Part shown: positions 38,075 through 50,972 of the stretch, piece by piece | Numbering within the stretch: the stretch's first letter is position 1 | How the letters are laid out: each line of letters starts with the position of its first letter | Source of the DNA: Callorhinchus milii | Taxonomy: Eukaryota | Direction of reading: 5' to 3' | DNA: 64,000 nt | NCBI RefSeq assembly: GCF_018977255.1 | Contig: NW_024704743.1 | Span: 33,358,001-33,422,000, forward strand | The notes under the pieces: generated by a model | The model's input: the letters and a program-made list of their open reading frames with translations, nothing else | What the model was told of the DNA's origin: nothing | Databases searched by the model: none | Program-made: the position numbers and the translations under genes

Positions 38075-38345
38075 GTAAACAGAAAGCATGGCAAGCAGCC
38101 ATTTGGATATGAATGGAGGTGAAGTATGGCCCTGGATAGAATATTGCTTAAAAACAGGAAGCAGAGGATAGCCATAAATGGCAACTTCTGAGGCTGGAAA
38201 GAGGTTATGTGCAGGTTATCCCAGGGCATCAGCACTGGGATTCCTGGGATTTATAATATACAAATGGCTTACACCGTCACCAACCCTTCTGAAAGCAGCA
38301 CAATCAGAGTTTCATGGATTTGGGATGATAAAGATGGGAGGTAAG
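38075..38345 (+). mobile_element. CR1 RT fragment, highly degraded
   Basis: tggatagaatattgctt...aacaggaagcagaggatagccataaatggcaac...tcccagggcatcagcactggga (WI..WL..RKQR..ING...PQGS.LG pattern). Confidence 0.6.
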
Positions 38346-38699
38346 CCATTTAGCACTGGTGAGAAGAGACACAATTAAGTAGTGGGTTTTGATAGTCTGT
38401 TTGTGAGAGCAGAAGACGCCCCAGAAAGCAACCAACGAGTGATATGGAAAAACAGACTGCAGTGGGCCTGCTTCAAGTGGAGGCTGGTAAAGTACCAGGG
38501 TTGTGTTGAGGAGTTGTTGACGCCTTGCACATAATAATAATAATGATAATAATAATAATAATAATAATGATCCTTGTATTTAACAGAGCACCTTATCACC
38601 TTGTCAAAACATCTCAAAGCACTTCACATGATCTACTGTAGAGTGTATTGACTGTGTATTTGCTTGCTGAATGTGAAGGTGCTTTGAGTAGTGTGAGGG

Positions 38700-38880
38700 A
38701 ATCTATAGAACTCCAAAGACAGAAGAAGCTACTCAGACCATTATAGTTGGGCCAAGCAAGCTGCAGTCATCCACTCTAATCCCTACTCTTCTCCTGTATC
38801 CTTTTATATTTTTATTCTGTAAGAGTTTATCTAATTCCCTTTTGAGTGGTGTAATTGACTCAACTTCAATAGCTATATAA
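38700..38880 (-). mobile_element. CR1 LINE 3' end
   Basis: EVESITPLKRELDKLLQNKNIKGY (CR1 ORF2 terminus). Confidence 0.75.
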
Positions 38881-41225
38881 CTAAAACCTCTCAACCCTGG
38901 TATCTTCCTAGTGAGTCGAGTGTACTGATGTACTGATGCCTCATTCCACATAAATATTAACGCTCTGGACACCAAAACTCACTTAGCCCTTTTTCTTATG
39001 ATAACTAAGTAGAGAAGAAAGTGAATGTGCAGTCTTAAGTACAAAAGACAAAAAATAGTAATAATAACATATAATCCTTGCATTTGATGTAACACCTTAA
39101 CACTTCATCGAAACGTCTCAGAAGGCTTCACAGGATTTACTGAGAAGTGTAGTGGCAACAAATTTGTGGATTGACACGACCAGCTAACTTGTGCCCAGCA
39201 ATACCCCACAGTCATAAAGCGAATGATCAATTTTATCTAGGCAATTATTGGTCTATTAGACACAAGGAGAACTGCCTAAATAATAGATTTTCAAAAAATA
39301 TTAAACTGTTTGACTGGGTGTGAAATGGATCAATATTTCCACCCACAGGATTGATTATAATTCACTCTCAATTTTATTCCATGTGCACTATCAGGTCAGT
39401 CCACCAATGGGAACATATAATCATATGTCAAATGCCTCTACAGAGTCTCTGCATTTAATAACTGTCTATTGCTCTTTTGATGATACACAGAGTAATTCCG
39501 GCAGGATTTACGTTTGCCAGGAGCGAACATTTTGTCAAACATAATCCCTTCTTTCTCAGAGGTAATTATTGACAGAGACATCACAGTGACCACCATTTTA
39601 TTAATAACCTTCAAAGGTGCTGCCCAATTTTGCATCCTGGATTTTGCTGGAGAAAATTCCTTCGCAGTCAGCTCCTACTCATGTGGACAAAATATTTTCT
39701 GCAGTGGTTGAATGATTCCCTTACAAGGGAGAGAACATTTCAGATGGGGGTGTCCATTTTGCTGTGTCTGTTCATGTCCTGGCCATGAGCCAGAAGAGGC
39801 AATGGCAATAGCTTGCTGGCAAGCTACTCAAGTTTCCATTAAGGTAAGAGGAATAGGAAGGGTGGGGTTTCATGTAGGGCAGAAGTGAACAAAATAAATG
39901 TTCTTGATTGAATATCTTTTGGTTTATGCCATCAATCAAAAGATATTCAATCAAGAAAAAATTGAAAACACCCTATTGATCGAACACCGACTTAGCTAAA
40001 CTTGTGTGAATGTTCAATGGGGGTAGGAGGTTCTAGATGGCCCCTTGGGCCACATGTCTGTAGTTTTCAGACACAGGAGATGTGTAATGGAGGAAAGGAG
40101 AAGGGCATGAGCAAGGGAAGTGGGGGCAAAAGAGGATAACATTGCCTTCCAAAAAAACCTTCAAAATAGAAGTAATTTAAAAAAAAACAACGAGAAGCCC
40201 AGCAGTGGTATAAACTGAGGACCTAAACCCGCAAATAAAACTATCCCTGGCACTAACCCTGAGGCCACACATCGGCCACTTGTTCTGACTCTAAGAAATG
40301 TTCGTAGTTGTGATTTAAAAGAATCAATAGCAATAGCTGTTTTTAAAATTTAAAACAAAATAAACCAACTTTGCTACCGCTTTCCTTAAAGAGATTTAAA
40401 TCGATGGATTTTGAAATCAAAGAAAATGACTTGTCAGACATATAGGGGGAAACTGTTCTCTGTCTTTAATGTCCTGCCTGTGCTCCATGTAAGAGTGAGC
40501 CTGCAAAAGTGACTGGAAGAGGCTACATGCTGTTCTTCCACAACCAGCACATTATGTCAGAACAGAGATCCAATGGCTGATTCCACACTATGTATGTTCT
40601 GGAGCCAAAGAATCCTGAACAAACAGGGTTTTGTCATTGTCAAGCACTGTCACTGCTGTACTGCAGTTACACAAAATCATTTCCCAGCAGCTGCTGTTCA
40701 GAAAACTTTACTGAACAGCCGCTCGCCACAAGTCCTCAGTACAGTATATCCTGTCTGAGATCCTTGATTCTTATTCATTACCATGATTTGCTTTGTTCCT
40801 CGTATGGATCAAGGCTTCATCTTTGTACTTTCCTGTGGGAACAAAGGGAGATTGCAAAGAAAAAAACACCCGGGCTGTCAGCCCAGCACCACAAGCAGGC
40901 AGCAGAATCACACACATGTCACCGCCAATGCATGAAGTCACCCCTGCTCTGAGAGCAGCACAGTTTAACCTTTCTCACTGGATTTCCAGGCATAGCCCAT
41001 GTTGCCCTTGAAGAGGGGGAGTTGTTTTCATGCTTTCCGATTGCAGCCTTCCAATAATTCTAAGTGTGCCGCAGGGCCTATAATATCGGAATGTTTCAAA
41101 GTTCATCATCGGAAATTGCTGTCAAGGGCAATGACTGTATTTTAGTAGTAATAAACTTTAATAGTGATAATCCTTATACTTGTGTCAGCTTGTCTCACTC
41201 TCTGGCTGTCCTGCATAATGTATAT

Positions 41226-41588
41226 GTGGAGTCCTGTAGTGTATTGGTTAGAACACTTGCCTCGCAAGCGAGAGAACCCGGTTCGATTCCCTGGGTCTTA
41301 GGCAAGTTTTCTTACTCCACACGCCTGTTTGCCACTAGTAAGTAAGTAGGAACCCGGTTGTTAGTCAATTGGCAATTGCTTTCCAGAGGTAATAATCCCT
41401 TCAAGAAAAAATAATAATAATTTGATCACTCAATCCACGACTGTTTGTGAGACATTGCTGTGAGTAATTGGCTGCAGCATTTCGCCCACAAATATACAGT
41501 CAATTCACTTTACAGTATATTCTGTGAAGCATTTTGAAATGTCTCAATGACGTGATGAGGCTATACCAAATACAAGGATTATTATTGT
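41226..41588 (+). mobile_element. SINE family B
   Basis: gtggagtcctgtag...cctcgcaagcgagagaacccgggttcgattccc, then tail. Confidence 0.9.
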
Positions 41589-42179
41589 TATGGCAAAAGT
41601 GGTAACCAATTTGCACCCAGCAATGTGCCAGCAATGAAGTGATTGACCAATGCTGTCTGGAGGATTGATGCCTTCTCTTTCTGAATAGTGCAATAAACCA
41701 TTAAACAAAAATGCACTTACCCTGAAGCTCACCAAGGCCACAGCCAGCCTGTATACAGCCACACAGTGTTCTACTTCACTTTAGTTTGGCCAACGTAATG
41801 ATCTTAAATTAGTAGGTTGGTTGAGGCACTGAACTAACATAAAGATTTCATGATTCAAAGCATATGTGAGAAGTAAATAGTGAGTTTAATACTTACAATG
41901 CATAGTCGTTGAATGCAGAGTTCATTCCCGCACATGAGGGGGAATCAAATAAGTCAGGGGCAACAAGGTCAACAATTTGTTTATAGGATGCGTACAACTG
42001 ATTTGATGTTTTAATGGTTGATTGGTTTCATCATTTCCCAGCAGTCAACCCAGCCTGCCAGCAGGTGTTCAAAGTCAGGCTAACATTGACTGTTGCCCCC
42101 ACATGTGAGATAAAATAAAAGTATATCACTAAATGCTGAGTGTTCTGCTTATGTAACTATTTAGATACAAATATATAAT

Positions 42180-42495
42180 AACCCTTGTATTTGATATGGC
42201 GCCTGATATGAACATCTTTACCAATAGCTGTCAAGTGTAACCAGTTTATCTGGAAGAATGCTGCCCAGGACATCAGGAGAAATTTCCTTCTCTTTTCAAA
42301 TAGTTGCATGGGATCGCTAACATCCACCTTAACTTATCAGATTCGACATCCGTTTATGCCTCAGCCCAAAGACGGCACCTCTGACAATGCAGCACTCCAC
42401 CAATAACAGTGTTGGTCAGGATCATTGTCCTGACATGGGGCTTCAACCCATGAACCTTTGGCCCAGAAGCAGAACACTTCCAACTGAGCTAATCT
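42180..42495 (-). mobile_element. Deu-domain SINE (family C), internally deleted
   Basis: catgggatcgctaacatccacc...gacggcacctctgacaatgcagcactcc...caactgagc. Confidence 0.75.
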
Positions 42496-42524
42496 GATGC
42501 CTAATAGAAAGTACACAAGAGACC

Positions 42525-42780
42525 CTCTGATAGCTCAGTGATTAAAGCATTACGCCATATAGACCAGGAAGATCCAGGAATCAATCCATGTTGAATTGAG
42601 TTAGCTAATCTCACCTGAAGGCGGGCAGTTGCAATGCTACAGTTAGGTTCGGCATGCTGGTCAGGAGAGGAATACATTACATAGCATCTATTTCTGATTG
42701 CTATCCACAGCCCTTGTGAGAAACCAGCTTCTTGTGGACATTATAAAGAACAGGATTGAACTTGGCTTTTCACGAGGTCT
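42525..42780 (+). mobile_element. SINE-like family D with tRNA-like head
   Basis: tagctcagtg A-box-like start, ccatatagaccaggaag...tgagttagctaatctc...gctacag...ctgattgctatcc...acaggattgaacttggc. Confidence 0.6.
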
Positions 42781-45180
42781 GCCCACATCCACTGGGGTCT
42801 GATAACAATCCTCCAGGTTACCTGGCCATTTACTTCAAAGCTGTGGGTAGGACTTTGCTGGTGCAGGTAGACGGTACGTTTGCCTGCAATTAACAGTCAC
42901 CAAACTTGACAGTTTACTGGTGAAGACCATTCACTGGAATCTTTTGAAACTGATCGGTATCTGCCAAAGACATGTGTGCGAGGACCGGAAACTATTTGAT
43001 TTCTCGCAGATGACAAGAATTTCATCTGCCGGCAATCAAATAGTTTACCTCCCTTCTCTCTCTTTCTCTTTCTTCCTTCCTTCCTTTCTTTCTTTCCCGC
43101 TGAGAAAGCAGATGTTGGCAGTGATTGCAGGAATGGATTGGCACCATTTATCAAAACCATTCCAGCTCCTGTGTAAATAAATGTCAAAATACATAACACT
43201 AAACTCAGCTTATTATAGCCACAACAGTGTTTATGGGAACACAGATGTTGTAAGGCAAAATACTTCTGCACTGCTGAATTCTAAATTCACTGAAGATCGA
43301 GCAATTTCTTCAAAACATTTACTTTCTTTTACCTGTCTGACCAAGTCTGACCAAGCTCATATTCCTGTGCAGTATTTTCAAACATTTACTGAAGGCAGAT
43401 TTAAGGTCTTTCTCATTGGGTTTCAATGTAATGTGATTCTTATAACAAATGGTTGGTGACCTGGGTCTGCACAGAGCCATCAGTGTTCATTCTGACATTC
43501 TGACAGCTCAGAGAGTTCTTCAGGCTCAGTGCCACACTAAGCCACTTCTGTAGACTATGCAACTGAATCTCAACAAATGTATCACAGACACAAGAGGAAC
43601 GTTGTGCTTGAGTAAAGTTTGCGATTGGCTCAGGACAGGTTCCAAATGAGCCCTTTTGCCAAATACATCAAAGGCAACAGGACAAAAAGGCACAGATACA
43701 GGACTGGGAAGGGCAATTGTGCCATCAAACACTGGGAAGTGTTTATTTACGAATAGCAAGGTGACCCTGTTATTATAAGGCATTCGGTTAAACATTGGAC
43801 TGCTTACAGTGAGTGTGTACTGTGGACCAGGGGAATCAGTTTCCAACACTGATTTGGTGGTTTGCCATACAGAAAATGGCCACCATACAGTTCATCAGGT
43901 CACCATTGGCATCGCAACCTTCTGAATTCTGAGGCAAGAGCTGAGCCATGAGCAAGCTGACACCTAGATGTATTAGAAACGCCTTGGGACATTCTCCCAA
44001 TGTGAAGGCACTATACAAATGTAATTTTGTGTTGTTGTTCACTTCTATTAGGTCTAGTTCCATACAAGTTCTGTGTCTCTCATTGCCTTTTACATAACTA
44101 TAATGGGATTCCCCTGTGCATTGTTCATTGGAAACTGCCAATATTCTTTCATTGATAGGTCCTCCATTTCTGCCTCGGCTCACAATTTCCAAAGTCACCA
44201 GTCTCGCAATGCAAGGTGAGGAAGTGCCGGCGACATATCTTGAAGGTCAGTTTTGTACATGTAGAAACTGCTCTGGAGTATCTGCAAATGTCTGCAAAAT
44301 CGCCAGCACATATGCATCAGCTACAAGCACAACTTTTGCCATCTGTGAATGCTCATTATACATTTTACAGTGAAAGTAGTTTTGCAATAGCTATGATGCA
44401 GCTGCAAAAGGTTTCTGCGTTTGATCAACTTCTGTAATTCTATACAATATAATTTACAATTATATAAACTCTTCACGTTGGGGGGACGCCCCAATGCGCT
44501 TGACAATTCTTCCTAGACCCAAGAGCTAAAGGTGACATAATAAAATTCTCCCTTCTTTCTCTCTGCTCAGTTATCCCTATGATCATACCTGTAAGAGATT
44601 CGAGATGTTCATCCTACACGATGAAGATTGTTACACAGTAAGTAGCAGCCAAGTTTGCTGTACGCAGCATTGACCAGCAGCACACAGGAGTTCACAGCTG
44701 AACCCGAGAGCAGATATTCCTTATGTTTCTGTCAATTCAATAATTTATTTAACATTTCATTATAAGCAGGAACTTATTCCACCCGCGAGAACGGCCTTAA
44801 CAACTCACAAGTGAGTGTTTCCCATTCACAGAATAAATTCTACAATTAAAATCTCCCCAGTGAACGTTTTCATTTGCAAGTCTCTCTCCTCTGGCATTCC
44901 TGGATGTCAATTCAGAAGGCAGCCAAACAATAACAAAATGTTTAAATATTTAGAAACATCGGGAGATTCCATCCAGAACTACAACAGCTTCCTCCCAGGC
45001 TCAGACACCAGAGACTAGCGTTACTGTATTAATGAATCAACTCCCCACCCGCAGGCCAGATGAGCTACGTTCCCAATAGTGTTCACTTGTGAAAGAAAGC
45101 CAGGCTGGGCGAGCAATGCTATGAGAATGTGAAAACGGACACCTTTTACTTTTCTATTTGCAAGAATTGTGGTGAAAGGA

Positions 45181-45290
45181 AAAAGTGCAAATGCTGGAAA
45201 AGATCTGAAAAGAAATAGGAACTGAACAGTGCATTGCTCAGCATCTGAAAGAGAGCGAGAAATTAGTTAACGTGTCGAGAGGGACTTTCA
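45181..45290 (-). mobile_element. Penelope-like repeat remnant
   Basis: Reverse complement ...gtccctctcgacacgttaact...ctctttcagatgctg...ttccagcatttgcac, homologous to 7461-7598. Confidence 0.6.
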
Positions 45291-46240
45291 ATTCCATATC
45301 TTGGGGAAGTATTTTAAAGAAACGTTGTTTTATCAAAGTTAAAAAAAAGCACAAGCCATATATAATATATATACAATATAATAATATATATACAATATAT
45401 ATACAAGATATACAGTACTTCAAAAGAGGAAAGTATTTTTCTTGGTGGCAATAATTAGGCATGTGAAAGAAACTAATATGAAATATTTTTAGGTGACCTG
45501 TTATTATTATGGTCTGGATATATTTTAGATTTATAGAAATTGTTTATTTTGCTAGCTATTTAAATGTGAAGTTTATATCTTCCGAACCACACCTTCATTA
45601 TATACTCTCATTTATGACTGGTTCTATTACAACGCTAATGGACCTTGACTTCTGACTTTTTCATGTTAGGCTTCATGTCGTGGTTGTGTTCTTGGACATT
45701 TATCACTGTGGGTGCCTTGGTCTAACAAACGAGATGCTTGTGTCACAAGGGCAGTGTTTGTGATACCAAGTGGTACATATAGGTAAAGAAAATCTTGAGG
45801 GTGGAGCGAGTTTGATTTCTGGGCCAAGCCACAGTTAGTTCTCTGCAAAATTTCATTTCTTTTTTCAGAATGATTCTTTTGGCCAACAGATAAACGGGGG
45901 GAACTGAACCTTTCGGTTCACGTGCAAATTGCAAAACGGCAAGAGTTTCAGTCCCAAAGAAATGATCACTAATTCTATCTGTGGGGCACTTTTCCTAAAA
46001 TAAAGAAACATCTGGGAATCTCCTGTGGAGGTCTGTCCTTCGAGACGATATGGTGTTCCAAGCAAGGGAATCAGCTTTGAGACGTAGAGATGAAGAGAAA
46101 GGCTGGGAATACAAATTAAGAAAGCAACAACTTGCATTTATATAATGCCCTTCAACCGTGGATACTGTCTCAGATAGCTTCAGAGTGGGGAGGTTGGATG
46201 CCAAGCCAGCGAGAAGGAGAGTGGGAGGTGACCATGAGTA

Positions 46241-46310
46241 CATAGCAGTTCCATTAGTATCTGAAAGAGGAAGGTAAGTTAATGTGTTGGGAGGGACTCT
46301 TGTCATAAAT
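46241..46310 (-). mobile_element. Penelope-like repeat remnant (short)
   Basis: Reverse complement atgacaagagtccctcccaacacattaact...ctctttcagatact. Confidence 0.5.
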
Positions 46311-46489
46311 ATTTTACAAGGTGGTGTTCAACAAAACAAAATCGTGCATTCCAAAGAACAAAATAAAAACTATGTCTTCTCATAATTTGGAAGCAGGGTC
46401 ACACTTCAAATATTAAGGTTTCTTCTTCTTTTTAATGCTAATCAATCTGCTGTGTACTTTTGACAGTTGCTGGTTTCATTATAATAGTA

Positions 46490-46845
46490 AATAATTCTTG
46501 CATTTGATATAGCACCTTTCATGTCCCAAAGTGCTTCGCAGGATTTACTGTAAAGATTAACAATTGCGTATTTATAGGCAAACAAATTTTTATTTGAGAA
46601 ATTATTGGCCAGGACATTGGGAAAAATACCCTTCATTTTTCAAATAGAACCATGGGATCTTTATATTCATCTGAACAGACAGACAGGACTTTGTTTAACA
46701 TTTCAATTGAAGGATGGCAATTTAAACTAATGCAACACGCCTCCAGAACTACACTGGATTGTCAGCCAAGACTGTGAGTTCAAAGTCCCGATATGGGGCT
46801 TGAAACCATAATCTTCTGTCTCAGAGGCAAGAGTCTTACCAAGTG
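46490..46845 (-). mobile_element. Deu-domain SINE (family C)
   Basis: Tail, ggccaggacattggg, ccatgggatcttta and atggggcttgaa head. Confidence 0.8.
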
Positions 46846-47539
46846 CAAGGCTCTGAGTTGCTATTCTGTGTGAAAGGTGATATATAAATCCAAGTTATTG
46901 TGGTTGTTGTTGAACCAGGCTGACATTACTGTATGCAGATTGTTTCTCACTGTTTGTAATGCCTTCCTCCCTGGTACCAATAAAAATGTGTGGTAAACCT
47001 TCAGAGCTTTGAATAAGGAGTAACACAAAGCTGATCGGTAGTCTTCTTTGGACCTGTAAGTCTTGTTAATATCATTACACTTGTCATAGGGCACAGATAA
47101 CTGAGGCAAATTCATTACTGAATGTCTTTGAGTGAGATTCTCAGATACTTACAAGACTAATCCCAGCTAAGAGTTAATTCTCTGGTACTCAACACAGCAG
47201 ACTCATGTTTCTGGCTACAACAACTGAGGATTAATATCAGGCACATGATACCGCAGGCTATGTACACTGATATTAATCTAAGGTCAATCTAATTGTTAAA
47301 AGGAGTGCAGCACATTCAGTGAAATACCTATTGCACATTCGTAGCATTCTTTTTACAAAAAAATCATCTGCAACAAAAGTGAAACTGTTGAAATTTTCTA
47401 ACGCACTGTGTACAGGACGATAAGGACAACAGTGACAGGTGACCTCAAGAGTATGTGGCATACAATAAGGCACTGTACTTCAGTCCAAAAAGTAAGGTTC
47501 ATCTTATATTCATGCAACATGTTATAATTCTCAGCAGAC

Positions 47540-47812
47540 ACTGGCCTGTGCACCCAGCCCTGCACTCGGGCTTTTAGTCTATCTATGCCCACTCTCTGGA
47601 ACTCCATCCGAAAGACCCTCCAACTTGCTCCCTCCCTCCCCTCTTTCAAGATCCATCTCAAGATCCGCCTCTTTGACTATACTTTTGATCATCTTTATCC
47701 TCCCCAATCCCCTCAGTTCTCACCCTAGCTCGGTGCCAAGCCAGGATTGTTAAGTGCCTTGGGACGTCCTCCTGACATGAAAGGCACTATATGAATGCAA
47801 ATTTGCATTGTA
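47540..47812 (+). mobile_element. L2 3' end
   Basis: ctctggaactccatccg...ttcaagatccatctcaag...ccttgggacgtcctcctgacatgaaaggcactat. Confidence 0.85.
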
Positions 47813-48153
47813 TTTTGAAGTTGCTTCGGAAAAGAATATCAAAATAAACAGCATTAATGGCAGACAAAGAGAAGTGTCAGCACACTCCTGAAATTGAGTG
47901 TTTTGCAGCTTTGTCATTCCCTGAAGATTTCCACATTCTTTTATCAGTTACACATTGCTTATATACAATGGTTATGGATCTGCAAGCTTGAAATGATCAG
48001 GAAATAAAACAGGATTGTGAGGAATGGAGGATCAACCAAAGGCAGGCTATTAGAGGGGAGTAGAGACCAGCAAGGTTACATTTAGAAGAAGGGAGAAGAA
48101 TGACAGCAGGAGCAAAGAGTCGCCAATGCCATATGTTTCCTGCAGGATATCTG

Positions 48154-48353
48154 AGGCCCAAAATCGCACACAGTCTTAGCCTTAGGACCATTTAGCCTTG
48201 TTTAAAATTGTGGAAAATCCTTAAATTCTGTCCTAATTTAGAAGCAACTTTCCTAGAGTTCTTAAAAACTTCCAAACTAAGACAGAATTTAACAACTTTT
48301 CACAATTCTGGGTGAACTTGATTCAGACTAAGACAATCTGAAATTGTAGGCCT
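48154..48353. mobile_element. Palindromic MITE-like element (type 2)
   Basis: Ends aggcccaaaat...gtcttag / ctaagac...aattgtaggcct. Confidence 0.75.
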
Positions 48354-48841
48354 AAGGCTGTTTAGTGTGATTTTTAAAAATGCCTAACAACATTCGGATC
48401 GCAGAGGGAAATTAAGTGCTAAATTAAATCATTTTTCTATAAAAGTATTTCATTCGGTGTGTATTTTAAGTAAATTAAAGCACTTATCTAATAAATAAAC
48501 TAACTTCAAGTAAAAATAGGCAAACTAGCTTCAAGTAAAAAAAATTATAAGTAAATACAACTCTGTGAAATGCTCTCCCCAGATCTTAACGGCAAATGTC
48601 CATGATATAGTATCAATAATCTCATCGTACAATCTACATTACTTAACCCTGACCTGCTACATTTCAAAGGTGACATTCCCATGGTTGTAGTAGGGATCAC
48701 AGTGTTCCAAAGCAGTCAATCATCCGTCTACCTACTTATCTCCTTCACCTTCAATCCTTAACCAGATATTTTTCACACAGTTAAAAAAAAGTTATCATGG
48801 CATTCTTGGGAATCTAGTCCACATAACCTTAAAAATTAAAC

Positions 48842-49358
48842 GTGGAGTCCTTAGTTTAGTGGTTAGAGCACTCACCTCGCCAGCGAGAGAACCCAGGCAG
48901 GGCGAAACATTGGACAAGTTTCCTTACTGCACAAGCCTCTGTTTACCTAACAGTAAGTAGGAACTGGATTGTTAATCAATTGGCGGATCGCTTTTCTGGG
49001 GATAATAATCCCTATAAAATAAAATTTAAAAAAACAATAACAATTTGGTCACTCAATTCACGACTGTTTTTGGGACACTGTTGTGCACAAATGGCTACCA
49101 GAAAGAAAGTAGGAACCCGATTGTTAGTCAATTGGTGGACTGCTTTTCAGGGGTAATAATCCCTTCAAAAAAAATAACAATAAAAATAATTTGGTCACTC
49201 AATACACGACTGTTTGTGGGACACTGCTGTGCGCAATTGGCTGCAGCATTTTGCCCACAAAATATACAGTCAAGTCATTTTACAGTATATTCTGTGAAGC
49301 GCTTTGAGACGTCTCGAAGACTTGATAGGCGCTTTATCAAATGCAAGGATTATTATTA
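48842..49358 (+). mobile_element. SINE family B with an internal tandem duplication
   Basis: The segment agtaggaac...ggct occurs twice (about 48955-49098 and 49107-49245). Confidence 0.88.
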
Positions 49359-49748
49359 AATGGTAAGATTTGTGGTATTCCTTAAAGCGTTCCTTAACAT
49401 TTGAGGAATGATCAATACACATCAGCAGGTGGCGGTCCTCTCTAGGTAAATGAGTTGTTGTTCTTGGTGACCTTGTCCCACCATTTTGCGTGAATCTGAG
49501 GCAATCTCCCTTCTTTAGTAAATTATATAACTTACATCAGGCACTAGGTTCTAGATATTGCATAATATTTCTTTCCCAGTGTCATGATCTACCTAAGAGG
49601 TGCAAAAATCATGCTTTCCTAGCCCAACACTTAACAATCGGGAGTTGTACTTCAAGCCTCCAGTCGATGGCTGAAAGCTAATGATTTGGTCTAGGAGAGG
49701 GCGACTTTAATCCCTCCTGAGCAGATCAACACTGGGAAAGCAATATTA

Positions 49749-50071
49749 TAATAATAATAATAATCCTTGCATTTGATATAGCGCTTTTCACGTCTTCTAG
49801 ACGTCCCAAAGCGCTTCACAGAATATACTGTAAAGTGAATTGACTGTATATTTGTGGGCGAACGCAGCAGCCAATTGCGCACAGCAATGTCCCACAAACT
49901 GTCATAGATTGAAAATGACCAATTTATTATTGTTTTTGGTTTTGGAGGGATTATTATTAGGCTCTGTGTGGAGTAAGGAAACTTGCCCAAGGTTTCGCCC
50001 TCTGCCTGGAATTGAACTCAGGTCTCTTACGTGCAAAGCGAGTGCTCTAACCACTGAGCTATAGGACTCCA
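49749..50071 (-). mobile_element. SINE family A, full length
   Basis: Near-identical reverse complement of 29983-30306. Confidence 0.95.
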
Positions 50072-50230
50072 ACAACCAACAAGGTGCCTGGAGACTCATG
50101 TAAATTATTGTGAAGTATAGCAAATAAAAGAGCTCACCTAAGGGTCACACAAGATGGAGACTCTATATCATTGAGAGAAACAAAGCCAAGCACTTACCTG
50201 GAGAGGGACACCACCTGCTGATACTTATGT

Positions 50231-50972
50231 ACAACAACAACAACAAAAATTACATTTATATAACACCTTTCACGTTGCGAGGACGTCCCAAGGCGCTGGA
50301 CAATCAGTGTTTTAGACCCGAGCTGGGGTTGGAATCAGGGAGGGTGGAGGGCAGGGATGTGGAAGGAGAGTGACCGAAGGCACGGTCGAAGAGGAGGGTC
50401 TTGAGACGGGTCTTGAAGGAGGCGAGGGAGGGGGTGAGGCGGAGGGACTGCTGGATGGAGTTCCAGAGGGTGGGAGCAGAGTGGCAGAAGGCCCGCCTGC
50501 CTATTGTGGGGCAAGCTAGGCAAGGGATGTGAAGCAGGCCAAAGCCCGTTGAGCAGAGGGAGAGGGCAGGTTGGTAGGGGGTTAGGAGGTCGCAGAGGCA
50601 GGGAGGGAGCCATAGAGGGCTTTGAAGGTGAGGATCAGGATCTTGAACTGTATCCTCTGTGTGATGGGAAGCCAGTGGCGTCAGGCGAAGATGGCGATAA
50701 TAGGGTCGCAGATCCTGGTGTGAGAGAGAGGACACGGGCTGCAGAGTTCTGGATGATCTGAAGCGTATGGAGGTAGGAGTTGGGGAGGCTGACAAGCAGG
50801 GAGTTTGTGTAGACGAGCTTGAGGGTATGAGGGTCTCAGCGGCCTGCCGCGTGAAACAGTGGCGGAACCAGGCGATGTTGCGGAAGTGGGGAAGGCAGAG
50901 TAGGTCATGGCATGGATGTGGGCTAGAAAGGATAGTTGAGGGTCAAACAAGACGCCAAGGTTCCAGACTGGC
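50231..50972 (-). mobile_element. L2 LINE, 5'-truncated
   Basis: FDPQLSFLAHI, IGRRAFCHSAPTLWNSI and SFKTRLKTLLFDRAFG; (GTT)n tail. Confidence 0.93.
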
